Assembly (NCBI GenBank): GCA_021789225.1
Contig: JAJYJQ010000002.1
Span: 1-50,307, forward strand
DNA: 50,307 bases
Reading direction: 5' to 3'
Origin: a bacterium
GTDB lineage: Bacteria > Patescibacteriota > Minisyncoccia > Phycocordibacterales > Phycocordibacteraceae
Positions within the stretch are counted from its first letter, which is position 1; each line of letters opens with the position of its first letter. This document shows, piece after piece, positions 15,781 to 28,857 of this stretch. A model generated the notes under the pieces. It did not search any database. It was given only the letters and a program-made list of their open reading frames with translations, and was not told the origin of the DNA. A program made the translations under genes and the position numbers.

Positions 15781-17346
15781 ATGGAGAGCATTATCAAGAA
15801 CATCGAAAAAGAAATCGCGGCGTTTGCGCCGACGGAACACGCAGAAGAGACCGGCATCGTGCGCGCGGTCGGTGACGGCATCGCCGAGATCGACGGTCTC
15901 GACACGGCGGTGCTTTCAGAGATGGTGCTCTTCGATCCGACGTTCGATCGGACCCTCGAAGACGCGCTCAAGGATCCGGAGCCGATCTACGGGCTCGTGC
16001 TCAACCTCGAAGAGGACGGTGTGCGTACCGTCATTCTCGGGGATGCGACGCGTGTCTATGAAGGCATGCTCGTGCGTCGTCTCGGCCGCCTGCTCTCCAT
16101 TGCGGTCAGTGATGCGATGGTCGGTCGCGTGGTCAACGCGCTCGGTGAGCCGGTGGACGGCAAAGGGCCGATCGCGGGCACGACGATGCGCCCGATCGAG
16201 CGCGAAGCGTACGGCGTCATCGACCGCGCGCCGGTCAACGTGCCGCTCCACACCGGCGTGAAGGCGGTGGACGCGATGATTCCGATCGGCCGCGGCCAAC
16301 GCGAGCTCATCATCGGCGACCGCGGCACCGGCAAGACGGCGATCGCGATTGATGCGATCTTGAACCAGAAGCACGAGCCGAAGGAATCGCGCCCGATCTG
16401 TATCTACGTGGCCGTGGGGCAGAAGGAGTCGAAGACCGCCAAGCTCGTCGCGGAGCTCTCTGAGAAGGGCGCGATGGAGTACTCCATCATCGTGACGGCA
16501 CCGGCCTCTGCGTCGGCAGCGCTCCAGTTCCTCGCGCCGTTTGCGGGCGCAGCGATCGGCGAGCACTTCATGGAGCAAGGAAAGGACGCGCTTGTCGTGT
16601 ACGATGACCTCTCCAAGCAGGCGGTCGCGTATCGCCAGATGTCGCTTCTCTTGCGCCGCCCGCCAGGCCGCGAGGCGTACCCGGGCGACATTTTCTATCT
16701 GCACTCGCGCCTGCTTGAGCGCGCGGCGAAGCTCTCGAAAGAGAAGGGTGGTGGCTCGCTCACCGCGCTGCCGATCATCGAGACGCAGGAAGGCGACGTC
16801 TCGGCGTACATCCCGACGAACGTGATCTCCATTACGGACGGCCAGATCTTCCTCCAGACCCACCTCTTCAACAAGGGTATGCGTCCGGCTATCGATGTGG
16901 GTATCTCGGTCTCGCGTGTGGGTTCTTCCGCGCAGACGAAAGCGATGAAGAAAGTCGCAGGCAAGATCAAGCTCGAGCTTGCACAGTTCCGCGAACTCGA
17001 AGCCTTCATGCAGTTTGCCTCGGACCTCGACGCGGAGACGAAGCAGCGCATCGACGCTGGTCGCCGCATGACGGAGGTTTTGAAGCAGGGCCGCGGCGAG
17101 CCGATGCCTTTCGAAATGGAGGTAGCGATCATCTTTGCAGCGGTCAACGGCTACTTCGACTCCTTCTCGCCGGAGGAGACGAGCGCAGCCGAGGCGAAGC
17201 TGCACAGCTTCCTCGAGCGCGAAGCGGCGGGCGTCCTCACCGCGATTCGCGAGTCCAAGGACATCCGCGAAGAGACAGAGGCATCGCTCCGCGAAAAGCT
17301 CGACGCGTTTGTCGCGCGACATAAAGAGTCCGAAGAGTCAGTATAG
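15781..17346 (+). CDS. atpA: F0F1 ATP synthase subunit alpha
   Basis: Walker A GDRGTGKT plus GREAYPGDIFYLHSRLLERAA. Confidence 0.95.
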   Translation: MESIIKNIEKEIAAFAPTEHAEETGIVRAVGDGIAEIDGLDTAVLSEMVLFDPTFDRTLEDALKDPEPIYGLVLNLEEDGVRTVILGDATRVYEGMLVRRLGRLLSIAVSDAMVGRVVNALGEPVDGKGPIAGTTMRPIEREAYGVIDRAPVNVPLHTGVKAVDAMIPIGRGQRELIIGDRGTGKTAIAIDAILNQKHEPKESRPICIYVAVGQKESKTAKLVAELSEKGAMEYSIIVTAPASASAALQFLAPFAGAAIGEHFMEQGKDALVVYDDLSKQAVAYRQMSLLLRRPPGREAYPGDIFYLHSRLLERAAKLSKEKGGGSLTALPIIETQEGDVSAYIPTNVISITDGQIFLQTHLFNKGMRPAIDVGISVSRVGSSAQTKAMKKVAGKIKLELAQFRELEAFMQFASDLDAETKQRIDAGRRMTEVLKQGRGEPMPFEMEVAIIFAAVNGYFDSFSPEETSAAEAKLHSFLEREAAGVLTAIRESKDIREETEASLREKLDAFVARHKESEESV

Positions 17347-17350
17347 CGTC

Positions 17351-17878
17351 ATGAAGGTGGTCATCGGCACGCAGAATAGGGCGAAAGTAGCCGCGGTGGA
17401 GGAGATTCTCCGCGACTATCCGCACTTGGCTGCTGCCGAGATAGACGCGCGTGCGGTAGCCTCAGACGTTTCCGACCAGCCGCTCTCGCTCGAAGAGACC
17501 GTGCGCGGCGCATGCAATCGCGCAAAGAACGCGTTTGGCGATTGTGACTACGCTATTGGTATGGAAGGCGGCTTCATGCAGGTTCCGAATTCCAAGAGCG
17601 GATACATGAATGTGAGCGCGTGCGCGGTTTTTGACGGAGAGAACATGCACGTCGGGCTCTCGCCCGCATTCGAAACGCCAGATGCCGAAGTAATGCGTCT
17701 CGTTGTTGAAGATGGGCTCAATTTCACCGAGGCCGGCAATCGCACTGGTATGACGAACGATGCCGAGATTGGCAAACATGGCGGGCTTATCGGCCTCCTC
17801 ACGAAAGGAAAGATAGATCGCAAGGAGTACGTGAAGCAGTCGCTTCGCATGGCGCTTATTCACATCGACCAGGCATAA
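17351..17878 (+). CDS. inosine/xanthosine triphosphatase (YjjX/DUF84 family) non-canonical NTP phosphatase
   Basis: MKVVIGTQNRAKVAAVEE..., SDVSDQPLSLEET..GA.NRA, DYAIGMEGG. The start is placed at ATG 17351, 4 nt after the atpA stop. Confidence 0.7.
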   Translation: MKVVIGTQNRAKVAAVEEILRDYPHLAAAEIDARAVASDVSDQPLSLEETVRGACNRAKNAFGDCDYAIGMEGGFMQVPNSKSGYMNVSACAVFDGENMHVGLSPAFETPDAEVMRLVVEDGLNFTEAGNRTGMTNDAEIGKHGGLIGLLTKGKIDRKEYVKQSLRMALIHIDQA

Positions 17879-17885
17879 AAACCGT

Positions 17886-18728
17886 ATGGCACTGACAGAT
17901 ACCAAAGGAAAAATAGTGGCGACGCAGCTTCCAGACATCGATCTGAGCGCGTTTCCTGCAGAGCGAGAGTGTGCGCTCGCGGATGTCTGGCGCTACAGCA
18001 TGTTTGAGACCATGTTGTATCGATCGAATAACTTGATGCATGCTCGCCGGGTGCTATGGATCGTTGAAGAACTCATCCCGCTTCTTGCGCCGAATCTCGT
18101 ACTCGATAGCGAGAAAACGCGCACAATGGCGCTCGTGCATGATGATATGGAGATTGTTATCGGCGATATTCAGGCGGGGCACAAGGCGCAGATGAACAAG
18201 GAGCAGCTTGCACAGCTCGATGCGACCGAGGAAGCAGCCATCAACGAATTAGCATTGCGGTACCCGAAAACCGTAAACGGCTACTCGTACCGCGATCTGC
18301 TGCATGAGGAGCGCAAGAAAGGAAGTGTTGAAGCGCAGCTGGTCTCTTATGCAGATAAGCTGGATGCATATAACGAAGCGCTCCACGATGTGCTTGGGGG
18401 AAATCTCAGTCTGCTGACGTCCGTCATCTTCTACACGCGTTTCTTTGCACAGGTGAAAGATCGGTTGCCACTCCTGGTGCCAGGACTTGACGGTGCCGCT
18501 CCGTCACCATTTGTCTATCCCTTCATCCAGTCCCCGAAACCGGAAGAGGGTCCCGTGACGCATGCGGCGTACCAGGAGTTTTCGGGTAAGCCTCATACGA
18601 AAGAGTCGATTCGTAAGGACAGCGTTCGCTTTCCGTTCTACGATGCGTGGAAAAAGCTAGTGCTCACGCGCGGTGGTGACGAGGGTGAGCGCTGGCTTAT
18701 TGAGCAACATGAATCACTTCCGGCATAA
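17886..18728 (+). CDS. HD-domain phosphohydrolase (YfbR-like 5'-deoxynucleotidase family)
   Basis: NNLMHARRVL ... ALVHDDMEIVIGDI gives the H...HD...D pattern. The N-terminal 14 aa (MALTDTKGKIVATQ) copy the AtpG N-terminus. Confidence 0.65.
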   Translation: MALTDTKGKIVATQLPDIDLSAFPAERECALADVWRYSMFETMLYRSNNLMHARRVLWIVEELIPLLAPNLVLDSEKTRTMALVHDDMEIVIGDIQAGHKAQMNKEQLAQLDATEEAAINELALRYPKTVNGYSYRDLLHEERKKGSVEAQLVSYADKLDAYNEALHDVLGGNLSLLTSVIFYTRFFAQVKDRLPLLVPGLDGAAPSPFVYPFIQSPKPEEGPVTHAAYQEFSGKPHTKESIRKDSVRFPFYDAWKKLVLTRGGDEGERWLIEQHESLPA

Positions 18729-18731
18729 CGT

Positions 18732-19643
18732 ATGGCACTGAAAGACATCAAATCGAAGATCCAGGCGACGCAGCGCACCCACAAGGTGACGAAGGCGATG
18801 GAGGCGGTCTCGGCGGTGAAGATGCGCAAGACGCAGCAGGCAGCGCTCGCCGGGCGCCCCTATGCGCGCGCGGCGCTCTCGATACTCGCGCGCCTCTCGG
18901 GCAGCGTGCACCTCTCGGAGCATCCACTGGCAGAGGAGCGCAATGTGAAGCGCGCGGCGCTCGTTATCATCACGAGCGACAAAGGGCTCGCCGGCTCCGT
19001 GAACAGTGGCGTCATCAAGGCGGCGGTCGAGGCGCTCGCCGAGAGTCTGCCGCGCGAAGAGGTGACCGTGTATGCCTTCGGCAAGAAAGGTGAGGAGTAT
19101 TTTGCACGTCGCGGGTATCGTGTGGCCGAGGCGTTTGAGAACAAGCGCGACGATGTGCCGCGCTCGGTCGTGAAGCGCTTCACCAAGGATCTGACGGAAG
19201 CATTTGCTGCGGGCGAGTACGACGAAGTGCTCGTCGCATACAGTCGCTTCCGCTCCACCTTCGAGCAGGTGCCCACCGTGCACCGCCTGCTCCCGCTTTC
19301 GCTCGAGAGCGTGACGCAGCTCGTGCAGGACATCGTGCCGCAGAAAGGGAAGTGGAGTGAGCTGCGTGCGCCCGCTTCGCCGATGGAGTACCTGGTCGAA
19401 GGCGCGTATGAGGACGTGTTGGATGCGGTCATCCCGCGCCTCGTCTCGGCGTCGCTGTATCACCTCCTGCTTGAGTCGAAGGCCTCCGAGCACTCGGCGC
19501 GTATGGTGGCGATGAAGAACGCGAGCGACAAGTCGAAGGAAGTGACCCAAGACCTTACGCGCAAATACAACAAGGCGCGCCAGGCGGCGATCACGCGCGA
19601 GGTCTCCGAGATCGTCGGCGGCCGCGAGGCGCTCGCCACGTGA
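18732..19643 (+). CDS. atpG: F0F1 ATP synthase subunit gamma
   Basis: MALKDIKSKIQATQRTHKVTKAMEAVSAVKMRK and the C-terminal ITREVSEIVGG. Confidence 0.95.
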   Translation: MALKDIKSKIQATQRTHKVTKAMEAVSAVKMRKTQQAALAGRPYARAALSILARLSGSVHLSEHPLAEERNVKRAALVIITSDKGLAGSVNSGVIKAAVEALAESLPREEVTVYAFGKKGEEYFARRGYRVAEAFENKRDDVPRSVVKRFTKDLTEAFAAGEYDEVLVAYSRFRSTFEQVPTVHRLLPLSLESVTQLVQDIVPQKGKWSELRAPASPMEYLVEGAYEDVLDAVIPRLVSASLYHLLLESKASEHSARMVAMKNASDKSKEVTQDLTRKYNKARQAAITREVSEIVGGREALAT

Positions 19644-19648
19644 GATAG

Positions 19649-21094
<1,446 letters not shown>

Positions 21095-21103
21095 TATTCA
21101 GGT

Positions 21104-21352
21104 ATGGCAAAGGCGTTTCATCTCACCATCGCACGCATCGGCGAAAACGTCTTTGATGACGAGGCGGTCTCGCTCACGCTTCCTGGCTCAGAAGGCATGA
21201 TGACCGTGCTCGCCGACCACGAGCCGTTCATTTCCGAGCTCGCCGTGGGAGAGGCACGCTTCGAGGCGGCCGATGGCAAGCACTACCACATCCCTGTGCG
21301 CGAGGGCGGCGTCATCGAGATTTCACACAACCAAGCGACGGTGTTGCTGTAG
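21104..21352 (+). CDS. atpC: F0F1 ATP synthase subunit epsilon, N-terminal beta-sandwich only
   Basis: Operon position and the pattern LTLPGSEGMMTVLADHEPFISEL. The 82 aa end where the helical hairpin would begin. Confidence 0.8.
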   Translation: MAKAFHLTIARIGENVFDDEAVSLTLPGSEGMMTVLADHEPFISELAVGEARFEAADGKHYHIPVREGGVIEISHNQATVLL

Positions 21353-21392
21353 CAGCGAGTATCAGGGGCTATAATCTTCTTGGCACAAGGAT

Positions 21393-22022
21393 ATGACCAA
21401 GGAAGAAATCCTCAACAAGTCAGATACGGAGATTCTTGCTATAGCCCGGCAACTACGCGTTGCGTACGGGCTTAAGCGCACGCTCCGATACGCGACCAAA
21501 CGCGATGAAAACGAGCACTCGGAATCGGTTGCTGAACACGTGTTCGCGCTCATGTTTTTGGCGGAGTTCTTCCTTCCTCTTGAAGAGGCGAACGAATCCT
21601 TCGATGTACGAAAACTCCACCAAATCTTACTCTTTCACGATTTCGGGGAGATAAAACATGGAGATCTTCCATATCACTGGAAGACCGAAGAGGATAAAAA
21701 GAAGGAGATTGAGGCTGCGGTCGAGATATTCCAGTCCCTGCCAGCTTCGATGCGTGAAGAATCTTTTGCTCGATGGAGCGAGTATGAGAAACGGGAAAGC
21801 GACGAAGCGCGTTTCGCGTATGCGCTCGACAAAGTCGAGCCTCTATTTGAGCTTATGGATCCTGTAAACGAGCAGTCCATGAAGCGACTCAAATTCTCAT
21901 ACGAGGATCACATTGGAGTAAAACGACGAGCAACCGAGGCGTTTCCGGTCATGCGCAAGTTCGTCGAGGTAATAACACACAGCATGGTTAATCGCGAGGT
22001 GTTTTGGAAGAACGCGATGTAG
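21393..22022 (+). CDS. HD-domain phosphohydrolase (YfbR-like 5'-deoxynucleotidase family)
   Basis: ESVAEHVF ... LLFHDFGEIKHGDLP ... YALDKVEP. Confidence 0.7.
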   Translation: MTKEEILNKSDTEILAIARQLRVAYGLKRTLRYATKRDENEHSESVAEHVFALMFLAEFFLPLEEANESFDVRKLHQILLFHDFGEIKHGDLPYHWKTEEDKKKEIEAAVEIFQSLPASMREESFARWSEYEKRESDEARFAYALDKVEPLFELMDPVNEQSMKRLKFSYEDHIGVKRRATEAFPVMRKFVEVITHSMVNREVFWKNAM

Positions 22023-22071
22023 TTCCTGGTTTTCAGACATACTCTATATTCGAAAGGCTATACTGCCTCTC

Positions 22072-22530
22072 ATGGCCGACGAGAATGAAAACGGAGAAAT
22101 GTACGAGACGCCGTTCGTGCGGCGTGCGGTCCCACACTACTACGGCGACACGGTGCGCACGCTCATGGTCACTGCCGCGGTGTTCATATTCATTGCCGAG
22201 ACGCTCTGGCGCTCCATACCGCTTTCGCTTTCCGGCACCATCATCGCCATCATCGTCCTCACGGTCTTTGCGGGTCTAACGAATCCGAACATCCGCTGGG
22301 TGCATTATGTGAACATGCTGATTGCGGCCTGGGGAACATTCATTTTCGGGCGTGAGGCGCTCGTGGGGTATGGTGATGGCCGCCCATTGTTTGAATTCGG
22401 CTTTCTCTCGAACGAGATATTGGCAGTCATCTCGGTGCTCATGCTATATTTCGCCATCAAAACGGTTCGTGGCATGGCGCTCCGTCGGCGCCTTCGCAAA
22501 GAAGCTGAAGAGCGGAGAAAGAGAAGGTGA
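22072..22530 (+). CDS. integral membrane hypothetical protein
   Basis: Four predicted TM segments and a basic C-terminal tail (RRRLRKEAEERRKRR). Confidence 0.55.
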   Translation: MADENENGEMYETPFVRRAVPHYYGDTVRTLMVTAAVFIFIAETLWRSIPLSLSGTIIAIIVLTVFAGLTNPNIRWVHYVNMLIAAWGTFIFGREALVGYGDGRPLFEFGFLSNEILAVISVLMLYFAIKTVRGMALRRRLRKEAEERRKRR

Positions 22531-22584
22531 TTGCGAGCAGTCGCGTGCCGGAAGTCGTGTGGTGTGCTATAAAGTGAGGCATAT

Positions 22585-22818
22585 ATGTCCGTACAAGATT
22601 TCCTTTTGCGTCAATACGCGAAATACAAGATGAAAGACGTGCCGGAGGCGCAGCGCGAGATGCTGCTCCCCATGATCGAGAAGAATCCGGAACTTTTCAA
22701 GAAGATCGGTGAGGAGATCGAGCGCCGTGTGAAAGGTGGGGAGCCGCAGATGAAGGCGGCGATGGAAGTGATGAAAAAGTATCGCGAAGAGCTCGCGACT
22801 TTGATGCAACAGCCATGA
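22585..22818 (+). CDS. small hypothetical protein
   Basis: 77-aa helical, Lys/Glu-rich ORF. Its stop overlaps the next start (ATGA). Confidence 0.45.
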   Translation: MSVQDFLLRQYAKYKMKDVPEAQREMLLPMIEKNPELFKKIGEEIERRVKGGEPQMKAAMEVMKKYREELATLMQQP

Positions 22819-23348
22819 CCGCCTCATTTCTCGCATCGAGTGTCATCGTCCTTGTGGTGGTGCACCTCATCGCGACCTTGCTCGGTGCCGGGAGCATCAC
22901 GGTCGCCGAGTGGCAGTATTTTCGTGCACTCATGGACGGCCGCATCGACGCGGGCGAGCGCGCACACTTGAATGCGCTCTTCTTCTCGCTTCGCTACGCG
23001 CTTGTTCTGATGGTGCTTGCCGATGTCGTGCTTTCTGTCGCCCTCTACGCGCTGCCTGGCGCACCGGCTATCACGCTCACGGCGCCCTACTGGCTGGAGA
23101 TGGTGCTCACCATTCTCCTTATCGGAGCATCGTGGTTGCGTTTCCATGGGCGCATCCCGTTTTGGGCCGGTTCAGCCATCGCGTTTACGGGCTGGTGGTA
23201 CCTTGCCGGGCTTGACCTCGGCTTCCTCCCGGTCGCCGGTTTCGGTTCGGCGTTCGTCGGGTTCATCGTATCGGTCGCGCTCATCGCGGTGCTTTTCCGC
23301 TACGCGCGTTTCCTTGTGCGTGCACGAGTAGAGCACCAGAACGCATAA
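22815..23348 (+). CDS. integral membrane hypothetical protein
   Basis: Five hydrophobic segments. Tightly coupled to the flanking genes. Confidence 0.55.
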   Translation: MTASFLASSVIVLVVVHLIATLLGAGSITVAEWQYFRALMDGRIDAGERAHLNALFFSLRYALVLMVLADVVLSVALYALPGAPAITLTAPYWLEMVLTILLIGASWLRFHGRIPFWAGSAIAFTGWWYLAGLDLGFLPVAGFGSAFVGFIVSVALIAVLFRYARFLVRARVEHQNA

Positions 23349-23349
23349 C

Positions 23350-24447
23350 ATGTTGAAGATAGGTATCGTCGGGCTGCCGAATGTCGGCAAATCAACACTA
23401 TTCAACGCGCTCACAAAGGCGAGCGTGCCTGCGGAGAATTATCCTTTCTGTACTATCGACCCGGCGGTCGGTGTGGTGGGCGTGCCTGATGAGCGACTCG
23501 ACAAGCTCGCGGTGCTCTCGAAGAGCGAAAAGGTGGTGCCGGCAGCAATCGAATTCGTGGACATCGCAGGGCTCGTGAAAGGTGCTTCGGAAGGCGAGGG
23601 GCTTGGCAACCAGTTCCTCGCGCACATTCGCGAAGTGGATGCCATTCTTGAAATGGTGCGCTTCTTTGACGACCCGGACATTACGCACGTGCATGGCGAT
23701 GTAGACCCGGTGCGTGATATCGAGATTATCAATCTCGAGCTCGTGCTCGCTGACCGCGAACAAGTCGCGCGTCGCCGTGAGAAGCTGGTGCGCGACATTC
23801 GCGCGGGTGTGAAGGAAGCGAAAGCCGAAGACGAGGCGCTCGTGAAAGTGGAGCAGACGCTTTCGGCAGGGAAGCTCGCGCGCGAGGCAGCACTTACGGA
23901 AGATGAGCTGCGTGTGGTGAAGCACTTGAATCTTCTTACGCTCAAGCCGATCCTCTACAGTTTCAATGGAAAGTCAGGCGGGCACAATCTGGACGAGCTT
24001 GCCGACGGTCGCGCGAAAGCGGCGTACGAGCTCGTCGAATCGCTCGGCTCAAAATATGTGCATGTGGATGCGGCGACCGAGCGCGAGCTCAATGATGTTG
24101 CCGACGAAGACAAGGGCATGTTCCGCCAGGAGTTTGGCGTGCAGGCGGATGGTCTCGCGGAGCTCATTCGCGGGGCATATGAGACGCTCGGGCTCATCAC
24201 CTTCTTTACGACCGGCAAGGACGAGACGCGTGCGTGGACCATAAAGCGCGGTTCGACGGCGCCCGAAGCCGGTGCTGCCATCCACAACGATTTCAAAGAC
24301 AAGTTCATCCGTGCTGAGGTCGTCCCCTACGACAAGCTTCTCCAAACCGGTTCCTGGGGTGCTGCGCGTGAGCAAGCACTCCTGCGCACCGAGGGCAAAG
24401 ACTACATCGTCGCCGACGGCGACGTCATGGTGTTTTTGCATAGTTAG
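23350..24447 (+). CDS. ychF: ribosome-binding ATPase YchF
   Basis: GIVGLPNVGKSTLFNALT G1 motif, DIAGLV, and a C-terminal TGS-like region (RAWTIKRGSTAPEAAGAIHNDF). Confidence 0.95.
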   Translation: MLKIGIVGLPNVGKSTLFNALTKASVPAENYPFCTIDPAVGVVGVPDERLDKLAVLSKSEKVVPAAIEFVDIAGLVKGASEGEGLGNQFLAHIREVDAILEMVRFFDDPDITHVHGDVDPVRDIEIINLELVLADREQVARRREKLVRDIRAGVKEAKAEDEALVKVEQTLSAGKLAREAALTEDELRVVKHLNLLTLKPILYSFNGKSGGHNLDELADGRAKAAYELVESLGSKYVHVDAATERELNDVADEDKGMFRQEFGVQADGLAELIRGAYETLGLITFFTTGKDETRAWTIKRGSTAPEAGAAIHNDFKDKFIRAEVVPYDKLLQTGSWGAAREQALLRTEGKDYIVADGDVMVFLHS

Positions 24448-24457
24448 TTTGCCGGTA

Positions 24458-24622
24458 GGAGCCGGGCACGTGTCTCGAAGAGGGCGCTCGCTCGCCCAGC
24501 GGCTCGCTCCCTATGCTCCGGCGTCCTTGTTTTGGCATCGCGGCAAAGCCGCAAGCCTAGAAATGCCAAAACACCATGCAAGGACCCCTCCGCAACCCTC
24601 TTCTCGACACATACCCGGCTCC
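24458..24622. repeat. about 165-nt extended imperfect hairpin (nested inverted repeats)
   Basis: Outer arms GGAGCCGGGCACGTGTCTCGAAGAGGG (24458-24484) and CCCTCTTCTCGACACATACCCGGCTCC (24596-24622). Inner pairs GTCCTT/AAGGAC and GTTTTGGCAT/ATGCCAAAAC. Confidence 0.7.
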
Positions 24623-24633
24623 CGCCAGCGGAT

Positions 24634-24661
24634 TTGACAATTCCAGGGTGTGCTGTATGGT
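24634..24661 (+). promoter_or_regulatory. sigma70-like promoter candidate
   Basis: TTGACA (24634-24639), 16-nt spacer, TATGGT (24656-24661), upstream of the AAGGAGG RBS and ATG 24693. Confidence 0.45.
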
Positions 24662-24692
24662 AATTTTCGGAAGAATTAATAAGGAGGCATAT

Positions 24693-25289
24693 ATGAAAAA
24701 TCGTTGGGGCAAAGTCCAAAAGCGCCTTGCCCAATCGGTGGGCGTGGACGAGGCAACATTCGAAGCTCCGTTCAAAATGGCGCGTCAGCAAGGCCTGCTG
24801 CTACTCCATGGTTGGCTTGTCGCTTTGACTGAAGACGAACGCAAGTACGCCATCTGGTTCATCGAGCGCAATGCGGAAGCGGAGAAACTGCAACGCAAGG
24901 TCATGGGTACCTTCTTGGGGAATGTCACGAAGTCAATCATCACGATTCTGTGGTGGCATTTCAAGAATGCCCTTGGTATCAAACAGAGGAATGTTGATGA
25001 ACGTGATCTAAATCGACCATGGAACGAGAAGCGTCACGATTATGACAACGATTGGTACCGTTATCTTGACGAGACGGATCGGCTCAAAGTCATGCGCTTC
25101 GGACAGCTTGCTCCAGAAAGTATGGCGCATGTCGAAGAGGTGATCGATGCGTTCACTCGCGATGCATTCTTCAACTGGGGCCGAGCCGTGGAATTTGGCG
25201 AGAAGATATCGAAGAATTATGTGGAAGAAAGAATAGGTCTTCTCAAGAAGTGGCTTGCCAACCCAGAAGGCGAACCGCCAACGCCGTAA
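24693..25289 (+). CDS. hypothetical protein (AT-richer orphan)
   Basis: The strong RBS AAGGAGG lies 6 nt upstream of ATG 24693, and a terminator follows. No family recognised. Confidence 0.6.
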   Translation: MKNRWGKVQKRLAQSVGVDEATFEAPFKMARQQGLLLLHGWLVALTEDERKYAIWFIERNAEAEKLQRKVMGTFLGNVTKSIITILWWHFKNALGIKQRNVDERDLNRPWNEKRHDYDNDWYRYLDETDRLKVMRFGQLAPESMAHVEEVIDAFTRDAFFNWGRAVEFGEKISKNYVEERIGLLKKWLANPEGEPPTP

Positions 25290-25316
25290 ATTGAACATTC
25301 AATCTGCCTTCGGGCA

Positions 25317-25354
25317 CGAGCCTGTACACTGCGTGTGCAGGCTCGAATCTTTTT
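25317..25354 (+). terminator. Rho-independent terminator
   Basis: CGAGCCTGTACAC-TGC-GTGTGCAGGCTCG (13 bp including one G-U pair) followed by AATCTTTTT. Confidence 0.8.
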
Positions 25355-25434
25355 GGGAACGCGCGCGGCGGAGCCGCGCGCGTGGGCGGAGGGCTGGTTT
25401 ACGTTCTGTTTTGGGGGTGTAGTATATAGAACAT

Positions 25435-26013
25435 ATGGAAAACACCACCGCACCGGGGCAGGGGGAGGTCTCGCCGAAACATCCGAAATTTGTCCGCTGG
25501 GCGCTGCTTATTGGTATTGTGGTCGTTTTGAACGTGTTCTTCTTTGTGGTGCAGCAGATTATTTTCCCCGCGCCAAAGTACGAGAATTACTGCCCGCAGC
25601 CGGTCAAGCAGGCGCAGACGGCGACCGAATGCGAAACTGCTGGTGGCGTGTGGACGGAGTATCCGCCGCAACAGGTGCCCGCACCTTCCGAGGCGATAAA
25701 ACCCATTCCTGGTGGTTACTGCGACTACTACACGAAATGCCAGCCGAAATATGAGGCGGCACGTCAGCAGCACAATCTCTACGCGTTCGTCCTTATGACG
25801 GTGCTTGGCATCGTCGCGCTCGTCATTGGCGTGGTGCCAATCGGCTCGTCTATCGTCTCGTCCGGTCTCTCGTATGGCGGCGTGGTCGCGCTCGTCATCG
25901 GTGCGATGCAGTACTGGGGCGATGCGGGGCAGTGGCTGCGGCTTGCTATCTCGGCGATAGCGCTCGCGGCGCTCATCTGGATCGGCGTGCGCCGTTTCCG
26001 CGACGAGCACTAG
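25435..26013 (+). CDS. integral membrane hypothetical protein
   Basis: N-terminal TM, a Cys-containing extracytoplasmic segment, then three C-terminal TM helices. Confidence 0.55.
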   Translation: MENTTAPGQGEVSPKHPKFVRWALLIGIVVVLNVFFFVVQQIIFPAPKYENYCPQPVKQAQTATECETAGGVWTEYPPQQVPAPSEAIKPIPGGYCDYYTKCQPKYEAARQQHNLYAFVLMTVLGIVALVIGVVPIGSSIVSSGLSYGGVVALVIGAMQYWGDAGQWLRLAISAIALAALIWIGVRRFRDEH

Positions 26014-26021
26014 GTGCACTT

Positions 26022-28847
<2,826 letters not shown>

Positions 28848-28857
28848 ACCCAAACCT

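Noticed and set aside
15916-17322. 468-aa minus-strand ORF antisense to atpA. Similar long antisense ORFs occur at 18714-19550, 26010-27578, 27951-28733, 47129-48247, 49219-49998, 11979-12938 (+), 32368-33384 (+), 43670-44335 (+) and 37684-38397 (-).
   Set aside because: All lie opposite genes with unambiguous family signatures and have Arg/Ala/His-biased composition. They are GC-driven shadow ORFs.
24454-24465. 12-mer GGTAGGAGCCGG shared between 24454-24465 and 45530-45541
   Set aside because: The similarity decays immediately outside the 12-mer, and the second site has no partner inverted repeat. It is probably chance in GC-rich DNA.
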